DNA of 64,000 nt from Deltaproteobacteria bacterium (GTDB lineage: Bacteria; Myxococcota_A; UBA796; SXON01). Below the pieces are notes generated by a model. The model did no database searches, was not told the DNA's origin, and saw only the letters and a program-made list of their open reading frames with translations. The stretch covers positions 6,641 to 70,640 of the forward strand of contig CANKOI010000006.1 of assembly GCA_947484175.1 (NCBI GenBank). Reading direction: 5' to 3'. How positions within the stretch are numbered: the stretch's first letter is position 1; the number at the start of each line of letters is the position of its first letter. The position numbers and the translations under genes are program-made. Shown here piece by piece: positions 30,929-39,432 of this stretch.

Positions 30929-32569
30929 TCAGCAAGGAGAATTGCTCTCGACGGCCCGAACGCGAAAAACCTCCGTCTCGATACGGGCCAGCAACGCGTC
31001 GGTGCCTTCGCCGGTGCGTGCGCTCACCGCGATTCCGTCGTGAGCCGTGAGGAGCGAGGCCACCCGCTCCGGATCGGCAATGTCCACCTGATTGAGGACG
31101 AGCAAACGCGGCACGTTGCCCGCGCCCAGCTCCCGCAGCGTGCGCTCCACGGTGTCACGGTGGAACTCGGCTTCGTCGTCGGCGGCATTCAGGACAACGA
31201 GGAGGAGGTCGGCCTCGACGGACTCGTCGAGGGTGCTTCGAAACGCATGGACGAGGTCGCGGGGCAGGCTGCGGATGAACCCGACCGTGTCCGTGAGCAC
31301 GATTTCCCGTTCCTCGGGGAACCGAAGGCGGCGACTCGTGGGGTCGAGAGTGGCGAAGAGTTTGTCCTCCGCGTCGACCGCGGCGTTCGTCATCCGGTTG
31401 AGCAGCGTGCTTTTGCCGGCGTTGGTGTACCCGACGATGGCCACGAGCGGCAGGCCGACACGCTTCCGCCTCTCACGCCGCATCGTGCGCTGCTCGCCGA
31501 TCTCCCGAAGTTGGCGCTCCACACGATGCTCCCGCTCGTCGGCGCGCCGCCGGTTGATCTCCAGCTTCGTTTCGCCAGGGCCCCGCCCCCCGATCCCTCC
31601 GGTGAGCCGTGACATTGCCGTAGGCATCAGCGCGAGCCGCGGACGGCGGTACCGCAGCTGTGCAAGTTCTACCTGAAGTTTGCCCTCCCTCGTGGTGGCG
31701 CGTTGGGCGAAGATGTCGAGGATCAGCTGCGTGCGGTCGAGCACGCGGAGGTCGGTGGCCGTGGCGATGTTTCGAAGCTGCGAAGGCGAAAGCTCCTGGT
31801 CGAAGATCAGGTTCTCCGCGCCAAGATGCATACACCGCACCACGAGCTCCTTGAGCTTGCCCTCCCCTACCAGCAGGCGGCCGTCGAGCTGCCGCCGAAC
31901 CTGTAGCACCCGGTCGGCGACATACAGGCCTGCCGTGTCGGCGAGACGCTCCAGCTCTTCGAGCGACCGACGCGCTGCGTGGGGGCTGCCCGTAGTGATC
32001 GAGACACAGACCGCGGCGTTTACGGGGTCGACCTTGCGGGCCGCTGGCTTGAACTGCGCTTCGAGGCCCCGGATGAAGAGCGCGAAGTCGTCGTCCCAGG
32101 CATGAACGTCGGCCACCGGCTGCACCCGCCACACGTCGCCGCTGCCAGGCGGCAGGAGGTGGGCGACTTCCCCCGCACCCGGTAGACCATCGCCACTGGC
32201 CTGCACCACGAATACGCCGTCGAGCCGCAAGAGAGCGAGGTCGGTGAGGTCGTCCTTGCTGAGTCCTTCCCCGCGGAGATGGGTGTGCAAGAGCCGCACG
32301 CCACGGAATCGGCCGCCGCCTGCGCGTTCACGGCCGAGGTCGGGGATGAAGAGCTGGTGCGCGTCGCCCACGATCACGTGCCCCACCACCCCCACTCGGT
32401 CCACGAGCACGCCTACCTGCCGATTCAGCTCCCGCGAGAGCTCGGTCATTCGGCGAAGCAGCTCGGGCGAGGCCCACCGGTTGGCGGGAATCCGCCGACG
32501 ATAGAGCCCCTGCAGAGCCCGGTTCTCCGATGGCTTCAACCCGCCGGTGTTGCCGAACAGTTCTTCCAA
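30929..32569 (-). CDS. hflX: GTPase HflX
   Basis: G1 motif GYTNAGKSTLLN, then DTVGFIRSLP and LNQVD, with a long HflX-type N-terminal domain. The TTG start abuts the upstream stop. Confidence 0.9.
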   Translation of the reverse strand: MEELFGNTGGLKPSENRALQGLYRRRIPANRWASPELLRRMTELSRELNRQVGVLVDRVGVVGHVIVGDAHQLFIPDLGRERAGGGRFRGVRLLHTHLRGEGLSKDDLTDLALLRLDGVFVVQASGDGLPGAGEVAHLLPPGSGDVWRVQPVADVHAWDDDFALFIRGLEAQFKPAARKVDPVNAAVCVSITTGSPHAARRSLEELERLADTAGLYVADRVLQVRRQLDGRLLVGEGKLKELVVRCMHLGAENLIFDQELSPSQLRNIATATDLRVLDRTQLILDIFAQRATTREGKLQVELAQLRYRRPRLALMPTAMSRLTGGIGGRGPGETKLEINRRRADEREHRVERQLREIGEQRTMRRERRKRVGLPLVAIVGYTNAGKSTLLNRMTNAAVDAEDKLFATLDPTSRRLRFPEEREIVLTDTVGFIRSLPRDLVHAFRSTLDESVEADLLLVVLNAADDEAEFHRDTVERTLRELGAGNVPRLLVLNQVDIADPERVASLLTAHDGIAVSARTGEGTDALLARIETEVFRVRAVESNSPC

Positions 32570-32851
32570 TCAGGCGCCGTTTCGGAAGGCCGCCCAGAGC
32601 CAGCCAAGGATGAGACAAACGCCCCCAAACGGTGTGATCATGCCGAGCCACGGGGCATCGAGAAGCACTAGGCCGTAGAGGCTGCCCGAGAACAACAGGA
32701 CGCCCGCGAGGTGGAGCCCGCGGGTGGGCGGCGGCAGGCCGGGCAGGAGGAGCGCCACTGCATGGACGAGGTGGTAAAGCGCGGCGGTCTTCCACACGTC
32801 GAGCCGGGGGTTCCCGGCGAGCGCGTGCGCGCCGAAGGCGCCGGCGCCCAC
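32570..32851 (-). CDS. DUF423 (YgdD/TMEM256-like) membrane protein, N-terminus unresolved
   Basis: GAGAFGAHAL signature plus three further TM helices. The expected first helix is encoded upstream in frame, but that stretch has no ATG/GTG/TTG (see finding). Confidence 0.65.
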   Translation of the reverse strand: MGAGAFGAHALAGNPRLDVWKTAALYHLVHAVALLLPGLPPPTRGLHLAGVLLFSGSLYGLVLLDAPWLGMITPFGGVCLILGWLWAAFRNGA

Positions 32852-32901
32852 TGCCAGCGCCGCGAGCGCAGCACCGAGGCGCCGCCACGCAAGGGGGGCG
32901 C

Positions 32902-33126
32902 TCAGGACGACCTCAGCGCAGCGAGGGCCTCAACGACATCGTGTACGCTGCCGCATCGGAGCATCGCACCGTCGATCCGGACGAGCAACGAGCGCTCACA
33001 GGCCTCACACTTGTCGAAACACTCCACCAGTGAAAAGTCACCGCCCGCCGACGCGACCAACCCCCCGAGGTCGGGCGCATGTTGGTCGACACCTCGGGCG
33101 CACGCCACGACCGCGCAACGGCTCAT
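32902..33126 (-). CDS. DUF1450/YuzB-like small Cys protein
   Basis: CAVVAC...VECFDKCEACERSLLVRIDG pattern. Its ATG overlaps the HD-gene stop (ATGA). Confidence 0.4.
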   Translation of the reverse strand: MSRCAVVACARGVDQHAPDLGGLVASAGGDFSLVECFDKCEACERSLLVRIDGAMLRCGSVHDVVEALAALRSS

Positions 33127-33707
33127 CCCACGAGCTCCGCCTCACGCCGCAGACCCGCAGCGTCGAGGGCGATGCGACGGGCCAGAGGGTGCGACCAGTT
33201 GGCCGCCAACGCCAGAGCCACCTCGTCGTAGTACCAGAGGGTGCCATCCCGGCCGCCGGTGAAGCGGTCGAAAACGGCGGAGCCTACCTCGCCCAGATCG
33301 CGACGGATCGCCGCGCAGTTATGCACCTTATCGGCGGCTGAAATGAGCTTGAGCTCCGCAGGCGCGTTTCGAAGGTGCGAAAGGTACCGCTCCTTCCGCT
33401 GCCGCCACGGTGGCTTCGGGTGGCCCACGGAGTCCGAAAGGCCACCGACGAGGCCCGCCACACGCGCACCGAACCGTTCTTCCAGTACGGCCACCTTGGC
33501 GCCCGGAATGTCCTCGAGCCAATCGTGGAGCACCGCGGCGATGAGCTGGTCTTCGTCGCCTCCGTACTCGCCGACGAGGCTCATCACCGCGAAGAGGTGA
33601 GTGAGGTAGGGAGTGGTCGAGCCCTTCCGCCGGATGCAGCGAAAGTCCTGAATCGCCATGGCTACGGCAGCGTCGAGTCGTTCGCTGTAGCAAGGCGCGG
33701 TCGGCAC
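33123..33707 (-). CDS. HD-domain phosphohydrolase (SpoT/RelA hydrolase-like)
   Basis: RRKGSTTPYLTHLFAV...AAVLHDWLED. I prefer the GTG at 33707, because the track start at TTG 33773 would overlap the divergent gene. Confidence 0.65.
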   Translation of the reverse strand: MPTAPCYSERLDAAVAMAIQDFRCIRRKGSTTPYLTHLFAVMSLVGEYGGDEDQLIAAVLHDWLEDIPGAKVAVLEERFGARVAGLVGGLSDSVGHPKPPWRQRKERYLSHLRNAPAELKLISAADKVHNCAAIRRDLGEVGSAVFDRFTGGRDGTLWYYDEVALALAANWSHPLARRIALDAAGLRREAELVG

Positions 33708-33758
33708 TCGCCACGCTATCCCGCTTGCCGATCCACACGCCCGAACATACACGATGGC

Positions 33759-34703
33759 ATGGCAATGCTCCAAGAGTGGAACGTACGGATGGGGGACTCC
33801 GAGGCCGTGGTCTCGGCGGACAACTGGCTGGCAGCTCTGGCGCTCGCCCTCCCGCTACTGGGCCTCGATTTGGGAGCGATGGGGAGGCTGGTCTGCGCCA
33901 CCGACAGCGATGGCAGCGCCACCGCGCGCGACCCACGCTCGGGCGCCGAGCTACACATTTCTCCAGTCGGCCGGGGGCAGCCGCCGGCGTTTGCGATGCC
34001 CGAGTCCAGCTTCGCCTCCATCAACGCGCCCCAGCTCCGCACGCGCGCGCCGGAGGAGCCGCCGCGCCCGGCTGCACCCGCGCCTACGCCCCCACCCGCG
34101 CCTACGCCCCCACCTGCGCCCACCCCCGCGCCCAGCCGCGCAGTGGAGCCACCACCACCCGCGCCCGAGGTGCAGCCTCTCCCGGAAGTCCCGCCTGAGC
34201 CGCAGCAGGCGCTCGGGGATCGCCTTGAGGACCTGTTCATGCGCCTCGGCGACATCAACGACGCCTCCAACGTGAGCGAGGCGTGTGCCACCGCCTTGTC
34301 GATCGCCTCCGAACTTGTGCCTTGCGATGCGGGCGCAGTACTCCTCCGCACCCAGGCGGGCGACGCGCTGCGTTTCATGGCCTCCCACGGTCCCGCCGGA
34401 AAGGCCGTGCTCGACACGACGATCCCCCTCGACCGAGGAATTGCTGGCTTCGTCTCACAGCTCGGCTTGAGCATCACCATCCGGGACGCGCGGACGGATC
34501 AGCGGCACTATGGCCGGGTGGACAAAAGCACCGGCTACACCACCCGCTCGATCCTCGCGGCGGCCGTGCGTACCGACAGCGGGGGCTGCTACGGGGTGCT
34601 CGAACTGATCAACCCGCCCGCGCGCTTCACCGCCGACGACCTCGAGATCGTCTCCCGGGTGGCCGTGACACTCGCCAACTACCTCCAGGGCATGCACGCC
34701 TAG
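33759..34703 (+). CDS. GAF-domain protein with Pro-rich linker
   Basis: C-terminal GAF-like domain (VLLRTQAGDALRFMASHG...GIAGFV...SILAAAV...GVLELIN). The ATG at 33759 is the first possible start beyond the divergent HD gene. Confidence 0.6.
   Translation: MAMLQEWNVRMGDSEAVVSADNWLAALALALPLLGLDLGAMGRLVCATDSDGSATARDPRSGAELHISPVGRGQPPAFAMPESSFASINAPQLRTRAPEEPPRPAAPAPTPPPAPTPPPAPTPAPSRAVEPPPPAPEVQPLPEVPPEPQQALGDRLEDLFMRLGDINDASNVSEACATALSIASELVPCDAGAVLLRTQAGDALRFMASHGPAGKAVLDTTIPLDRGIAGFVSQLGLSITIRDARTDQRHYGRVDKSTGYTTRSILAAAVRTDSGGCYGVLELINPPARFTADDLEIVSRVAVTLANYLQGMHA
34076..34111 (+). repeat. 2 x 18-bp perfect tandem repeat (ACCCGCGCCTACGCCCCC) in the Pro-rich linker
   Basis: Counted directly. 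It encodes PAPTPP repeats, with a degenerate third copy. Confidence 0.8.
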
Positions 34704-35023
34704 ACGGGCATGTTCCAGATGGACTGGTAGGCCTCGACGAACTTGTCGCGAACGCTGCCCATCGCGCGCAGCGTGATGTTTGCCTCTTCCAGCGCAACCA
34801 TCATGCCCGCGTAGTCTTGGTCCTGCCCTGACATCACTTCGTACACCTTCTGGTCCGACGCGGCCTGGTACTGCTCGGTGCGGTCGACCGCGCTGGCCAT
34901 CGCCTTGCCGAAATCCACCCCACCGGCCGACTCCGCCTGAGCGGCACCGCTGCCCGGGCGGGTGACATTCGGTGATTCCAAACCGGTGAGCAGCCCCGGG
35001 TTCGCTCCAATTGCCGTAACCAT
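34700..35023 (-). CDS. fliE: flagellar hook-basal body complex protein FliE
   Basis: 107 aa with the C-terminal LRAMGSVRDKFVEAYQSIWNMPV signature. It follows flgB-flgC. Confidence 0.85.
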   Translation of the reverse strand: MVTAIGANPGLLTGLESPNVTRPGSGAAQAESAGGVDFGKAMASAVDRTEQYQAASDQKVYEVMSGQDQDYAGMMVALEEANITLRAMGSVRDKFVEAYQSIWNMPV

Positions 35024-35026
35024 TTG

Positions 35027-35452
35027 TTACCTCCCGATCCCGATCGCAGCCATCGCCATGTCGCGCGTGGCCTCGATCACGTTGGCATTGGCCTCGTAGG
35101 CGCGCTGGGCCGTCATCAGGTCGACCATCTCCCCCATCACGTTGATGTCGGGAAGCAGCACAAATCCGCGCGCGTCGGCGTCGGGATGAGTGGGATCGTA
35201 ATGCTGGATGGGTGGCCGGTCGTCGCGGTTGATTCCGCTCACCACCACGCGCTGAGTGGCCGCCTCCAGAGAGTTGCCGAAGGGGTCGAGCGCTTCGGAC
35301 TCGAACACGGGCACCTGCCGCCGATAGGGGCCGCCCTCCGGCGTGCGGGTCGTGCGCGCATTCGCCATATTGGAGGCGATCGTGGTGAGCCTTGCCCGCT
35401 CCGCCGCCAGCCCGCTGGAGGCCACGGCAAAGGCATCGAAGAAGTCGGCCAT
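35027..35452 (-). CDS. flgC: flagellar basal-body rod protein FlgC
   Basis: Contains SGLAAERARLTTIASNMANARTTRT and MGEMVDLMTAQRAYEANANVI. Confidence 0.95.
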   Translation of the reverse strand: MADFFDAFAVASSGLAAERARLTTIASNMANARTTRTPEGGPYRRQVPVFESEALDPFGNSLEAATQRVVVSGINRDDRPPIQHYDPTHPDADARGFVLLPDINVMGEMVDLMTAQRAYEANANVIEATRDMAMAAIGIGR

Positions 35453-35847
35453 CAGCTCCTCCCATCACTGGCGGCGAACTTGAGCATCGCGAGCCGCCTG
35501 GAGGCGCCTCCGACCGCCGCCTGGTAGAAGAGCTTGTTCTCCTCCACCCGCGCCGCTTCCCGCTCGAGGTCCACCGAATTTCCGTCGAGTGACCACGCCG
35601 GTGCTTCGAGCTCCGTGAGTCGCTCCTCGAGGAGCGAGTTCAGGTCTACCGACTCGCCGGCCACGGCCTTTGCCATCGCCTCGCCGAGCAGCTCCGAGAA
35701 GGGCAACTCCTTCGCGAGGTAGCCAGGAGTGTTCACATTCGCCAAGTTGCCGTTGGTGAGCAACTGGCGCGCTTGGGTGATCTCCATCGCGTGGCTCAGA
35801 CCACTCTGGAGACCATCGAAGAGCTGCAGTCCGGTCGTAGAGACCAT
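35452..35847 (-). CDS. flgB: flagellar basal-body rod protein FlgB
   Basis: Contains LLTNGNLANVNTPGY and LDGNSVDLEREAARVEENKLFYQAA. TGATG junction with flgC. Confidence 0.9.
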   Translation of the reverse strand: MVSTTGLQLFDGLQSGLSHAMEITQARQLLTNGNLANVNTPGYLAKELPFSELLGEAMAKAVAGESVDLNSLLEERLTELEAPAWSLDGNSVDLEREAARVEENKLFYQAAVGGASRRLAMLKFAASDGRS

Positions 35848-35868
35848 GGGGCTTTCCCTCCGCCCTCC

Positions 35869-35895
35869 CCATCGGTCAGCAGGGGAAAATGTTTA
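35869..35895 (-). promoter_or_regulatory. sigma-28-type promoter TAAA-N15-ACCGATGG upstream of flgB
   Basis: The minus strand reads GGTGCTAAACATTTTCCCCTGCTGACCGATGGGGAGGGCGGAGGGAAAGCCCCATG. Confidence 0.55.
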
Positions 35896-35913
35896 GCACC
35901 AACAAGAAACTCT

Positions 35914-38064
35914 TCAGGGCGTCCGGCGCTGCTTGAGTTCGGCCCCGAGCACTCGCTGCGCCTCTTCTTCGCGGGCCAACGCACCCCATATGCTAGGGTC
36001 TGCCCCCGTTGCCTGCGCGAAAAGCGGGTTCACCGTTCGGCCGGCGTCACTCTCGAGCCTTGACGCCCTGGAGCCGGCCCAAGCGCGCACGTCGCCGTCG
36101 GAGGCGAGTCCCGCGACGGCCACCGCCGCATCGGCGGCCGCCGCCGTACGACCGGTAGCGAGGAGGCAGCGCAGCAGCGTTTCCTGAACGACAATGCCGT
36201 CGCTTCCGGCTGGAGGCGACTCCGCGGCGACCTCCAGTTCGGGCAGCGCCTCCTCGCACCGACCCTCCCGCGCGTCCAAGATGGCCAGACGGAGCCGGGC
36301 CTGCACGGCGAAGCCGGGCGAACGCTCGAGGGACTTGAAGCGGGCACGAGCCCGCTCGAGGTCGCCGCGACCTTCGGCGGCAAGCGCCTCCAGCCACGCC
36401 AGGTGGCCGTCCAACTCAGGGGCGTTGTGCCGCCGAAGCCAGTCGACGGCGTCCAGAGCATCCCTGTACCCACGAGTTCGTACGTACAGCCCGGCCATCG
36501 CCATCACGGTCGGTCGGCTGTCGATCCCTCGGCGCCGTTCGAGCTCCGCCGCGAACCGCCACGTGGCCTGTGCCTGCTCCGACAGGCCGGCTTCCGCGTA
36601 CGCGCGCGCAATTGGATGGAGCGGCGACGAATCGGCGAGGTGGAGAACGAGCGTCTCCGAACCGACGGCCCGGTGGAGCGCCAGGGCGTCCATGCGGCGC
36701 CCCTCCGTGAGCAGGCGTTCGCTGCGGCGCGTCCACGCCGCCGTGAGGGACGCGCCGACAGGACCCGCAGCGAGCCGGGGAGCCCGGAACACCAACGAGG
36801 CCCAGGCCTCCACAGCCTCTCTCTCCAACCCCAGCACGGCGCTCACCTGCGCCAACAGGTTCAGGCTCTCCTCTCCAGCATCGCCCGGGAGCTTGGAAGC
36901 ACGCTGAAGATCGGGAACGAGGCTCCCCCAGCGAGAGGTCGGCAGCGCCAAGACCGCGAGGTGGCGCGTGCGGGTGCGGAGCAGCGGGCCGAAGGCCGCG
37001 GGGAGATCGTGCTCGCTCACCTCTGCGTAGCCCCTGCGGGCGGCATCGATATCGCCAGCACGAAGCTGGCTGTCGGCCAACAGCAGGCGGCCGACGGCGT
37101 CATCGGGTGACGCCGATTGCGTAGGCGGGAGGGCAAGAAGGGCCACCGCCTCGCTCTCGCAGCCGGCCCGGCTGAGCGCGACCCCGACCAAGCGCCTGTG
37201 CTCTCCCGAAAGGTCCGTGGAGGCGACGGCGCGTGCCATGCCGCGCAGGTCTTTCCCTTCGCTCTGCATCTCAGCCCACAGCATCGCAACCAGCACCATC
37301 TCCGGCGCGCCCCCGGCCGCCTCGGCGTCGCGGGCACTGCGCCGGGCGCCCTCCCAGTCCTTCACGTTCATGCGAGCCCGAGCCGCCTGGAACCGCGCCG
37401 CCACGGCGTGCGCCCCCCCGACCGCGCCGGAGCGGTCGAAGTAGTAGGCCGCCTCGCGCTCGTGACCGAGCGCCCGCAAGAGGGCGGCAAGGCGGTACAT
37501 GAGCCGTTCGTGTTCGCCCGCGGTTTTGGCCTGCGCGAGCAGCCGGCGAGTGTCCCAAACCTCGGTCCACTGGACCACCGAAGGCTCGCCGGCAGACCAC
37601 TCCGGCAACGCCGGAGGCTCCGCCATCGCGTCGAGGCTCCAGCGGCTATCGGCGCCCGAGAGCGGCGCGGGGTTCGGGGGTGAAGAAACACAGACGCTGC
37701 CGTCGAATTTCCCTATTAGGGCCTCCGCGCCCGAGCGCGCCCCAGCGACTAGAGCGAGCGGGGCGACGCGTGGCACCACCACTAGAGCCGCCCCGCCTTC
37801 GGTGGCCCGCACCACCACTGCGGTTCCCGGATCGGTCAGCGTGAGCGCGAGTACCTGCCCTCCCCCCCTCTGCCAGACTTGCACGCGTGCAATCCCGGTG
37901 CCCACGGTCCAACCGACCTGAGGCCCGAGGTCGATCTGGTTCTCGTGCACGAGTACGTCAACGTGGCCCGGGTTGGCAGAGGTGAGCACCTCCACCCTGC
38001 CTCCGGGGGAGAGTTGCAGCTCCAAAGGGAGCGCGAGAGCGATGCTGACAAAAAGCAGGGTCAT
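35914..38064 (-). CDS. secreted 716-aa protein: AMIN-like beta N-domain plus long TPR-like helical repeat region
   Basis: Signal-like MTLLFVSIALALP. The N-domain reads VEVLTSANPGHVDVLVHENQIDLG...VLALTLTDPGTAVVVRATEGGAALVVV, and the remainder is Ala/Leu/Arg-rich helical repeats. Its ATG overlaps the OMP stop (TGATG). Confidence 0.6.
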   Translation of the reverse strand: MTLLFVSIALALPLELQLSPGGRVEVLTSANPGHVDVLVHENQIDLGPQVGWTVGTGIARVQVWQRGGGQVLALTLTDPGTAVVVRATEGGAALVVVPRVAPLALVAGARSGAEALIGKFDGSVCVSSPPNPAPLSGADSRWSLDAMAEPPALPEWSAGEPSVVQWTEVWDTRRLLAQAKTAGEHERLMYRLAALLRALGHEREAAYYFDRSGAVGGAHAVAARFQAARARMNVKDWEGARRSARDAEAAGGAPEMVLVAMLWAEMQSEGKDLRGMARAVASTDLSGEHRRLVGVALSRAGCESEAVALLALPPTQSASPDDAVGRLLLADSQLRAGDIDAARRGYAEVSEHDLPAAFGPLLRTRTRHLAVLALPTSRWGSLVPDLQRASKLPGDAGEESLNLLAQVSAVLGLEREAVEAWASLVFRAPRLAAGPVGASLTAAWTRRSERLLTEGRRMDALALHRAVGSETLVLHLADSSPLHPIARAYAEAGLSEQAQATWRFAAELERRRGIDSRPTVMAMAGLYVRTRGYRDALDAVDWLRRHNAPELDGHLAWLEALAAEGRGDLERARARFKSLERSPGFAVQARLRLAILDAREGRCEEALPELEVAAESPPAGSDGIVVQETLLRCLLATGRTAAAADAAVAVAGLASDGDVRAWAGSRASRLESDAGRTVNPLFAQATGADPSIWGALAREEEAQRVLGAELKQRRTP

Positions 38065-38714
38065 CAGAACCGCACCAGCGCCCCACCCGCCACCCGCAAG
38101 GCCGACCAGTCGAACCCGCAGGGCTCTCCGTTACACACGGTGCCCGACACGCTGTCGGCCACGTCGCTCGCTCGGCCCCCGAACGACGCAAAAAGGTCGA
38201 GTCCCTGCGGCCCCTGCGCGCCGGGCGACAACGAGGGACGCAGGTAGGGCGTGTGCCATCGCACCGAAGCTTCCACCAGCGCACCCCAGCGAACGCCCCA
38301 GTCGAGCCTGCCGGGCACCGCCACCTCCGAGCCAGCCTCCTGCCAAACGACCGCGCTCGGCCCCACTCCGCCCAAGAGTGACACCGCCCCCCAATCAAGG
38401 CGACCCGACACCAGCAAGCTCGTAGGCGCGTACCAGATCCACGAGCGAGTGTCGTCGGAGCGAGCGCCCTCCAGCCGTCGGTAGCCGAGCTCCAGCGTGG
38501 TCTCGATCGGCAGCCGCCAGCTCAGCGTGGCGATCCCCTCCAAGGCCAAGCTTCCGCCCAGCTTGGGGTAAGCGGCGACCAGCCCTCCCTGCGTAATGGC
38601 CTCTCCAGAGGCGGAAGCGCCCAGCGCAAAGCCCCCTAAGAGCAGGGATGGATCGAACGGCGCGGGCGCAGCACCCGCCAACGAAACGACCATGGCGATC
38701 GGGAAGGACACCAC
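38064..38714 (-). CDS. predicted outer-membrane beta-barrel protein
   Basis: Alternating amphipathic strands (LALEGIATLSWRL, SWIWYAPTSLLVSGRLDW, WGALVEASVRWH) and a C-terminal GGALVRF ending in Phe. The signal peptide is weak and uncharged. Confidence 0.5.
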   Translation of the reverse strand: MVSFPIAMVVSLAGAAPAPFDPSLLLGGFALGASASGEAITQGGLVAAYPKLGGSLALEGIATLSWRLPIETTLELGYRRLEGARSDDTRSWIWYAPTSLLVSGRLDWGAVSLLGGVGPSAVVWQEAGSEVAVPGRLDWGVRWGALVEASVRWHTPYLRPSLSPGAQGPQGLDLFASFGGRASDVADSVSGTVCNGEPCGFDWSALRVAGGALVRF

Positions 38715-38720
38715 GACTCC

Positions 38721-39029
38721 TCAGGCACGGCGCCGCAAGCGGACGCCAGGGTCGGCATGGAGGCAGGCTTGCCCCCTCACCGCCCTGCGCCGGCCGGGGA
38801 TCGCGGCGATTTCTCCGTTCGCTCGCACGCGGGCGAGCCCGATCCCATCGGTGAGCCGGAGGACGACCGCCTGGCCACGCTCCACGTCGGCCGGCGCCGC
38901 GCCCTCCAAGAGGCGGACCAGCTCTTCGATTTGAAGATCGAGCTCCGAAGCACGAACGGGCGCTCCCCGTAGCCAGCCGGCCCGGACGGTCTCCAAATGC
39001 AGCAGGAGTCGATCGAGAGCGGGCGTCAC
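38721..39029 (-). CDS. 102-aa hypothetical protein coupled to fliS
   Basis: Its GTG start overlaps the fliS stop (GTGA at 39026-39029). Third positions are G/C-rich and the N-terminal half is helical. No family recognised; its position matches that of fliT in other taxa. Confidence 0.5.
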   Translation of the reverse strand: MTPALDRLLLHLETVRAGWLRGAPVRASELDLQIEELVRLLEGAAPADVERGQAVVLRLTDGIGLARVRANGEIAAIPGRRRAVRGQACLHADPGVRLRRRA

Positions 39030-39424
39030 CCTGTCCCCTCAACGTCGTCATTGGCGTGTTCGGCAGCGTGCCGGAAGGCCTCGAGGAGGTTCTGGCTCAC
39101 CCTGAGGAGACCGTTCACCCCCTCCACGTCATGGTCACGGCTCAGGTCCCCCAGCCGCCTCACCACCCAGCGGTAGGTCAACGAGAGGTTTTGCACCAGC
39201 TCAGGAGCCACTTCCGGGTCGAGGGCGCCGTGCAGCTCGAGGTAGATGGTGCGCACGGTGGCGAAGTCTTCGGCCACCCGAATGCGGTGGCCCCGCTCGC
39301 CACTCTGCATGGCCGCGCGAGCGCTCTCAAGCCTCGTGATCACCATCTCAAAAAGCATCACCACCACCTGTTCATTGGGGGCGGAGAACAAACGATTCTC
39401 ACGGTAGCTGTCGAGTCCACGCAT
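39026..39424 (-). CDS. fliS: flagellin-specific chaperone FliS
   Basis: 132 aa with a four-helix pattern: VVVMLFEMVITRLESARAAM...VRTIYLELHGALD...YRWVVRRL. It lies directly after fliD. Confidence 0.85.
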   Translation of the reverse strand: MRGLDSYRENRLFSAPNEQVVVMLFEMVITRLESARAAMQSGERGHRIRVAEDFATVRTIYLELHGALDPEVAPELVQNLSLTYRWVVRRLGDLSRDHDVEGVNGLLRVSQNLLEAFRHAAEHANDDVEGTG

Positions 39425-39432
39425 GATTACCC

